Assembly: GCF_964204645.1 (NCBI RefSeq)
Contig: NC_134027.1
Location: 3,690,485-3,754,484 of the forward strand
Length of the DNA: 64,000 nucleotides
Direction of reading: 5' to 3'
DNA from: Tubulanus polymorphus
Taxonomy: Eukaryota; Animalia; Nemertea
Shown: in pieces, positions 55,301 through 64,000 of the stretch
Layout: every line of letters begins with the position of its first letter
How positions within the stretch are numbered: the first letter of the stretch is position 1
Position numbers and translations under genes: made by a program
Notes under the pieces: model-generated
Told to the model about the DNA's origin: nothing
What the model saw: the letters and a program-made list of their open reading frames with translations, nothing else
Database searches by the model: none

Positions 55301-58300
55301 TGAACGTTAATAGACAACACTTCAAAGATACAGACGGCCGTTGAAATCATTTGACAGCGACAGCGTTCATTAAACATCATCGTTGACGTCAGTAGAATAA
55401 CATCAAAACAGTACATGGGCCAATTTTTGACAGTGAAGATAATAACTTGCGTTATTTCTGCTAGTTCTTGCGTGTTTTAACTCAATATTTTTCCAATTTT
55501 ATCTAGTATTTGCGTATTCCATGCATTTTAGTGGTTGTCTTAGGGTTTTTAATGTGAAGTCTTTTCACCAAGAACACATTGATTTTATCGTTTGAAAATC
55601 GCCCCTGCGGCGTAAGGAGATCTCAAATTGAAAGTGAATACACTTGTTCATGGTTTTAATTACGTAATGGATATGAAATGGTATTTACCTACAAGATGTT
55701 TCGCCGCCATTTACCAGCCAATTAGCTGAATTAATCATCCATCAATAAAAATCAACCATATGTATTAAGATTAACAATCAAACGAACTGCTAGTAGCATA
55801 ACTGAGAGCAAAAGGAGTATTGGGGGGGGGGGGATGAATCAGTGATGAATTTTCAATTCCAACTATGTTATTTTGCGCTTTTCACATTTTACGTTTGATC
55901 TTACATTTCCATTGCAGGATACGTTAACATACGTAGACAATATTTCAGGCTAAATAATTGATATGATGTTTGTCATTTCTGGTGAGCTTGAAGTTGACCC
56001 AGCCGGCCACCCATCTAACCCTGTACATTCTTTTTACAAATCATGATCAAGTTTAACAATGACATACCCGGCAGTTATAGAAATTAACTCATTACATGCA
56101 GTTTACAAAGGTGAACCGGCCGATCAGGAAAATAAGATACCATTTTTGTATAGCCTAAGATTTGAAAAAAACATGTATACAATGCAGACGTAACGGTATT
56201 GGGGAAATCGAAATAATGTCTGATTAGATTAAAAAGGTATGACTAGTTTATTTGCTAGAAACAAAGTTGAGAAACATCAACTTCATCATGAGGTAACTTT
56301 ATACTTTCGATTCGCGAATATTTGAATGTTTTCGTGTCGTGATCTATTCAAACGGAAAACGGTTTAATTCACTCGGCTCAGCAAACGCGCACATACTATC
56401 TACCGTGAAGGAAATGAAGCAGTCCTCTCTATACATCAATTAGAAACCAAAAAATGTCAATTACGTGCAGTCGTCAGCAAGAAAACTATCCCAAATAAAC
56501 TGAACTAATTGGTTTTTTACGTAATGGACATTTAAAATCAATTCCAAACGAATCAAGATAGCACGTAGCTGAATAAGACACGGTTTGAATCATTAAAATG
56601 CAATGCGGTCGCTCTTAGATTCCAACGATGATAAATCATAATCCTAAAGAATTATGACGTGTATGAAATAGAAATACCTTTTCCGATTCGTGTATCTTGA
56701 GTAGAAGAACTCAGATAGCAATTCTAATGATGAGTTGTAATATTGATTAGTTGTTAAAGATTTCCTTTATCTGTCTAGCGACTGTACGTGTGAGGGATGA
56801 TTAGTGAAAACGTTCTTACGTCGAAAGCTTTTCTCGTAAAATGAAATTCGAAGACTGAACAATAAAAAAAAAATCTAAAGAGTTTTCAATATTCGCTATG
56901 ATTTATGGCAACGCGTCTAGAAATTAAACTGCATTGAAAAAGCCATTTTTGCTCGGCTTACGGAGATGATATAGATCGAGTCATTTGGTACGAGTGCGAT
57001 GGCATCGGAAATGAATAATTTGAGTTCGTTCGAACCGAACTCATTCTGGCTTTTTTTTTGTGAAAGTGAATATTTAGGTTTTATAACATGTAGTTTTATG
57101 TCATCGCAATATATCTGGATCCGGCAGATTCAAACGTTGTAGTTTCCTCCGTAATCCGTTTGAATTATGCATGTAATATTCATATGATCATTTTCACCGA
57201 CGGCTATTACACCGTGCAATTAAAACGAGGCCGATTTAATGGCTTTTCCTGTAAAATATGAGAAAGTGTTATTGAAGCAACATTAAAGTTTATAGCTTCG
57301 AGCGGCGATATAGGATATGAGTACCGGAGAACGATAGTTTCTATTCAGATTTGCTATCGGTTGCTAGGAAATATTCAGATGGGTTGAAAATCTTCGAGAA
57401 TAAAAAGTCAAACATCCATTAACGTCTTTCTAAATAGACAAGCTCCCGTTTTGAAGCTCGGATTGAATGAATTCTTAATGAGAGTTCAATCGAAAGAGAA
57501 AAATACGACCGAAACTCATTTTCGCCTATTGTATACACGAATGCCCGAATCATCAACGTCTTCCTGCTATACCGACGCTAATGACTGTGAGTAACGATTT
57601 CTCAGAATAAAAGGGGCTGCGGCGGGGTCAACGAACATTGAAAATTGCCGTTGGTGACTTGGGAAGAATTTCAAATTTCATACGATTATTTTCGTAGAAA
57701 ATTCGATCTCCTCGCGATATAAATCGACGTAGTTAATATTGGCCGCTAGTACCCGCGCGTTGTGTGATCGAGATCTGTCGCTGTTGTCGTGTTACAGAAG
57801 CTGATTGGTTCGCGAAAACAAGTCTTGTCGCCGCATTGTAAATCCGTCTTGCAGTTTATGTGATTAATCGTAGCGAACTCGGGTGGTATAAGGACACCAA
57901 TCCGTAACACTACATCCCGGATGTATAGTTCAGATGATTTTGTCGAAAATAAGGTAAGTCTAATGAAGAAACGGAACGCATGTTTCTAAGTTTAATCTTC
58001 GTAGTTCTCATCGTTGACTTCGTGATAGATAACATTTTGTCACATTCGGAAAAGCAAACCTCTCCTTTAGATGTTTTACATATTTACAAAAGTCGCGTTT
58101 TCTCACCCTAAATATATTTCGCCTGTGATTTGTCAAAGAAATCTCGAGTTTTAGGTAAAATCTTAATCGAACTTTACACTTCAAGGTTATGAGAAAATAA
58201 AAACGCATGAAGCATCGATTCTTAGATTTATCTGACACGAACAACGCTGAAAGTGCCCAATTACGACCTATAAACTGCATATAAATTCCTCTTGAAATCG

Positions 58301-58900
58301 TGTTTCATATGAAAATAATTGCTTCCACCATAGAACTCAATAGGCATAATTCTACTTTCTCAAGAGCAGTTTTAAGCGATAAATCGTGTTGAAATCATCA
58401 ACTTGCTTCGTGTATATTAGCCGTAGCATGATTACCGTAGATAGAATAAATAGGTCCGAAAAGAAAAAGGCAATGACGATGATAATTTATTTCGTCACAT
58501 ATGAATTTCAATATGATCTTTTTTTTATCAAAATATACACTATACACATAATGATGGGATTATTGAAATCCGGCTGTGAACACAAAGAGAGAACAATATA
58601 TAGAGGAACACGAAAGAATAGGGAAAATTGAATGGAACGGAATTCTATAGAAATAATAATGAAAAAAGTAATAAACTTATTTCGATGGAAATAACAATAT
58701 AAGTTCAGTCAGCGATGAATGTGTATTTATCGAATTTCACAGAAAATTGTGTGCAGTCATGTGTAAATGGCTTTTTATGCAGAATAACTTATGGATTAAT
58801 CCATCCACTCCCTACTGCTTCCGGATATGATAAAGTCTGATCTTCGAAACACGTTGTTGAAATATTAACACTGAACACACGGCTGATAATATCCCCAGCC

Positions 58901-59308
<408 letters not shown>

Positions 59309-60667
59309 AGATTGAAATGATATTTGTTTCAACACAAGTAAATAGAATGTGATATACGTCGATCAGATACCGTTTTGTTAACTTTGTTTCATGATACTCG
59401 TTTTGGAAAGATGCGCAGACTTAAAAGCCTGATAAGAAAGAAACTATATATTCAAAGAGGTGCCGACAAAACACTCATAATTTCAAGTGATCTTATACTA
59501 CGGGGGTATTGAATTATTCCCTGACTGCTTTCAACGACGTTCTTTGATCATCAAGTAGATGAATTAGCCACAGTTCTTTAAGTCGGCTCTTAGAACTCTT
59601 AGCCAGCCCTCCAAGGTGGCTGTGGTCTAATCCCAAACTTTTTGATTGCGAAAGCCGAAAGGGAAATGGAGTGGGTATTTTCTTTTCTTGATAAACTAGT
59701 TTCTTGAAGATCATGGAATTGTTTCTGTCATTGAAAAGTATCAGATTACTAACGTAGTCAAATATTACAACTGTCGAACTGTGGCCCAGGAACAGTTAGG
59801 TTTGAATCCAGTATAAGAAAATTAGTTCATTTTCAAAGATTTTACCTTCGAGTAAAACCTTAACCGAGAAGAAATATGTATAACCGGATCCTAAATAATG
59901 ATCTTATTTTGTATACGCTTTGTCGGTTGATATCTATATATTTAGGGACCTATGCTTCAAACGAATCCAATTAGATTGGGTGAATGAAAATTTGGAAAAA
60001 AAACTTTACAAAAAATTCATCTATGAGGGAAGTCACGCTGGAATTGATAAATGCACTCGTTTGAATTATGAATGAGATACACAGAATACAACACATTTAA
60101 AAGATTTTATCTGATGTGCGACTCTAGAATTGTAGATGTTCAATCTATACATACTAATGACTGCCTTAGTAAGTTTCCTAGTCTTAACATTCTGAATTCT
60201 GAAATAGATGCACTGGCACATTGTGAAATTTAGTCTGAATTAGAATATTCAATATCTAGTGGTATTGTTCATATTTATGCATATTTATATGTAGTCCACG
60301 TGTACGAGAGCATATATTTTACTGTTCAAACACCTGGAGGTCTTTCTAGGATGTTTCTTATTTCGATTATGTACAAAACACTTATGCTTAAGTAATAAGA
60401 AGCCGGTTATTTTGCTTATTTTATTACTTATACGTGTTATAGCAAATCTGTCGCAGATGCATATAAACCTGCGAGGATCATGCCACGTGTGGAATTTCAT
60501 GTCTTATTTACTAATAAGATCACTGCGGTTTTCTATCAGATATATAAAGAATAATTCGCTTTTTTGGATCTGGTGGACATGTTTTGATGAATCGAAGTGT
60601 TCATAATACGGTCTGGTAGCGTATCTGAGATAGGATTCAACGCTTTAAACTTCAGTTAACCTTAACC

Positions 60668-61102
60668 TTTTGATCTTAAAATAGGGATTGTCCCCATTAT
60701 TTATTTATTTGGCTGGTAAATTTTGTTTGATTTTTCGATTGAGTGTCCCTTACAGACCCACCACACCTGCCGGGAGCGAAACAGGGGGTTTGATTTTGAA
60801 ATCGGAAAACGAAGTACAGATATAGATGTGTGATCGGCGGTCGAGTTAACAGAATATTTTAAAATCGAAGTACATAATTGGAAATTCGGTTCCGGTTCAT
60901 CCAAACAATCTTCCATTCAGTCTGAACCGGCAAGCGACTGATTGGGATGAATTTTTCTGGCTGCCTAATTTAATATAATGACATTCTGGAAATAGCTATA
61001 TCACAAGATCATTTTGTCCATTTTTATATTTTTTTGGTCGTTTTCTACGTGTAAATAGTCCGATAGTTTATTGTGGTTTTTTTTTCTCGGGTAGATGTTG
61101 AT
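60668..61102 (-). repeat. Dispersed ~425-bp repeat, copy B (inverted relative to copy A)
   Basis: Colinear reverse-complement match to 51886..52310 with a few substitutions and one small insertion. Confidence 0.92.
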
Positions 61103-64000
61103 GTAGAAGTTCTCTAAGTTGAACCTTAGTAGGGATGCTAAGTTTTGGCCAGAATTTCAAAATGACAGAAAATTACTGAAATCTTTCGAACCTACAAAGC
61201 TGACAAGGTTCGCCCCCGCGATGAGTTAGCATCGATATGTATGGATTCTTGATAGCTCGCTTTTTTCAATTTTCGATATGGAGACGATGAAATTTAATTT
61301 GTTCAGTAATAAAAGACCAGTTAGAGATTATTAATGAAGATAACTACCGATTTATTTGCTCGTAAATCATTCGGCCATTATCTCATTTAGAATTAAAATT
61401 AGTAAAATTAGAATATGACGATGATATATCAAAAAAATATTCAATAACTTCAGTAAGTGAATCGATCTATCAATGATGTGGATCTAGAAATGTGAATCGG
61501 TGCAATTCGTGAGGAATGAAAAATCGATTGACAGAGTTATTAAGTTTCGCCTCACCCGTAAATGGCGGCAATATTGTACAGATTTGATCAAGCCTCCTGT
61601 TAATTCGACTTTTCTCATCATCAACTGATTCAATGTTACAATAGCACGGCTAAAAATGTATCAAATACTAAAATCAAGAGTCTGAATCTATCGTCGGCGA
61701 ACTTAGTACTTCCTTGAGGCTTCAACACGACCTATCTTTCATTAAATGGCATCCGAAACCTGCATGTGACAGCGCTGAGAGATCCCGCAGTAAAATGAAC
61801 CGACCGCTATTTTCAGCGTTATTTTGCTCCCCGCGCGTATAAGCCAAAACCCTTCAGTGAAATCATTTCTCGTCAAATCGCATCGTACATAATTTCCGGA
61901 TGATACCGCATTACACGTCAAGTCTGTGATCCATGAAGAAAAATGAAATGATGTTAAGCGAAAATCACAGATAATAACAACATATGTAATATTTATATTT
62001 CCCGCTGTTTCTCGGGAAACGCGTTAGAAATTCCTTATCGCATTTGAAATGAATATCGACGATGAAAGTGGACGAGGCAATAACCGTATTGGAAAAATAA
62101 AAATACATCTTTTTATTCGCGCAAAGCTGTATACATATAAGATACAATACAGATTAATGTTTTATTCATGCGCAATAGTGCACTTTATTGATGTAGGATG
62201 CGGCTGGGCGAGTTTGCTTAAAGCTTTGGTGTCTTTAACTTGGCGAACTATCAAGCCAAGTAATCAAGATTCCTTGTATCGAAGGCTCAAGGAGGTAATG
62301 CTACTTTTGAAATATGTGAGACCGAAGTATAAAGAAAGGATTCAGGACTGGTGTAAAATACACGTATATATCTTCTAACCGTGATGGAGATGTCAATCCC
62401 GGATATACAGTGAACTAAGCAACACGATCTATGATCAAAGACCAACAGCCAGATTAAGGGGTATCCTTAGCAGTTTAGTGCAGCTGATATGCTTCGAGGT
62501 AAATGCGTGGGAAAACTTCTTCAGATCCAAAAATCATTAATCAGTGGCCTTAGTCCTCTCCAAATCTAAGAACAGCCGATGGCTGAAGGACAATCCTTTC
62601 ATTAATGAAACCAGGCTATTAGCTGGCTACTTTCAAGGTTAAGAAAGGTAAAATTCCCCTGATATACATTTTCCATTCACCGTTGTCAGTCCTATTACCT
62701 CTTCGTCCATTTATCTCAATGCCCAAATGTGGGTTTAGGGTGACCAGTGGGTGTTATAAACTTGCTGTTCCACATTCTTTATATAGCGAGTCATCTGCAC
62801 CGATGCCATTACTTTTATAATTACTGTGTCCTGTAGATTGTGTTTCATCCGAGCTGACTAAAATCACCCTTTTGCATTTGATTTCACATTTTCATATTGA
62901 ATGGGTTATTGTGTTTCCGCGTTGGAAAGATTGACAACTGTAAAGACTGCCCTTTATAGCACTCAATGTAGGGATAATGTGTTTACTTATAGTTCATAGA
63001 GAGCCATCCTCTAATGATATCCGACTTGTATATAAAATACGCCATAAACAATAGTTTGAACAGCAAGGAATACATCTCATCCCGAAATTGTAGATAAATC
63101 TAAAACGATTCGTGCTGATCGTAGTGACACGACATTTACGACTGGCAAAATGTCACGATTGATAATGACGACAAAATAGGGCCGATTGGGAATGCTTCTG
63201 CTACGCGCAATAACGTAAAAATTCACGCACTTCGTCAACCCGATCAAGAATAGTCTTTTATTGAGTTATCAACTACGACGATAATGCGGGCAGACAGAAC
63301 GAATGATGTTGTCATAAAAACCTAAGAATGTTCAATGCATAGAAACGCTTTGTACTTTCCTCACGGGACCGGTCGCGGTGTGTAAGGTTTACGATCGTCA
63401 GGAATGATTATCATCCGCGATGGAAATTTATTCCGACGTATTTACAAACAACTTAAATAAGGTCCCGTTTGACGTAAAGTACTTCCGGACAACCGCTGGT
63501 CGATCGATCGAAGATATAAAAACATTCGGACCGTATTGAATCTAGTCATACGGATAACGAATCCAATCTAAGCGGATCGTACTTTAATCAATCTTTCTGA
63601 TGAAACTTTATAAGAAGTACCAGTTTACTTTAGATGCTTGTCAATAATGAATCGGAACTTATGAACTTTTGCCATTTTATAACATGCGGGAAATTATAGG
63701 AGGACGTTTACGATCTATTATAGAACACAATGTTGATTATTTCGCCTAATCAGTTGAAATCTACTAAATCGCGCTCGAGGCAATGCGTCGCGTCCATCAA
63801 TTACCAAACATGTTGATTTCCGTCACATGTTCATTTGCCTGAAACTATTCGTGTTTTAGTCGGTGTCCATTTGCTACGGAAGGTTCTCGGCATTTACAGC
63901 CGGAAACAAAATGGTTTTATCTCGTCACAATTAGTCGGTGAATCGACCGCATCTAATTACCCGCCAGATCGTGGGCCAAATTGAATACAGCCGGTGCTAA

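Noticed and set aside
59514-59714. RLKELWLIHLL peptide reminiscent of a Penelope GIY-YIG C-terminus
   Set aside because: Too short and lacks the other motifs in frame.

Overview
AT-rich, gene-poor eukaryotic DNA, most likely an invertebrate animal. It has GT-AG introns, microsatellites, LINE and MITE fragments, and no operons. Nearly all ORF-track entries look like noise. The one confident gene is a two-exon, bacterial-looking ATP-grasp ligase on the minus strand, join(39356..39441,39527..40742), 433 aa. The 440-aa ORF-track version reads through an 85-nt intron. Head-to-head with it is a 5'-truncated paralog (41596..42136, +) with an intron at the same position. That paralog is a mosaic: its first ~154 bp are ~96% identical to the gene and the next 201 bp only ~68% (hand counts). 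The promoter and N-terminal 287 codons therefore sit between near-identical inverted repeats that lead into two different C-termini, a shufflon-like geometry. A palindromic MITE lies inside that segment. The rest of the window holds repeats (a LINE 3' end, several foldback MITEs, a ~425-bp family in three copies, a 403-bp (TA)n), tentative small exons of a large minus-strand gene, and a possible decayed BAH-domain fragment. All comparisons were made by eye.
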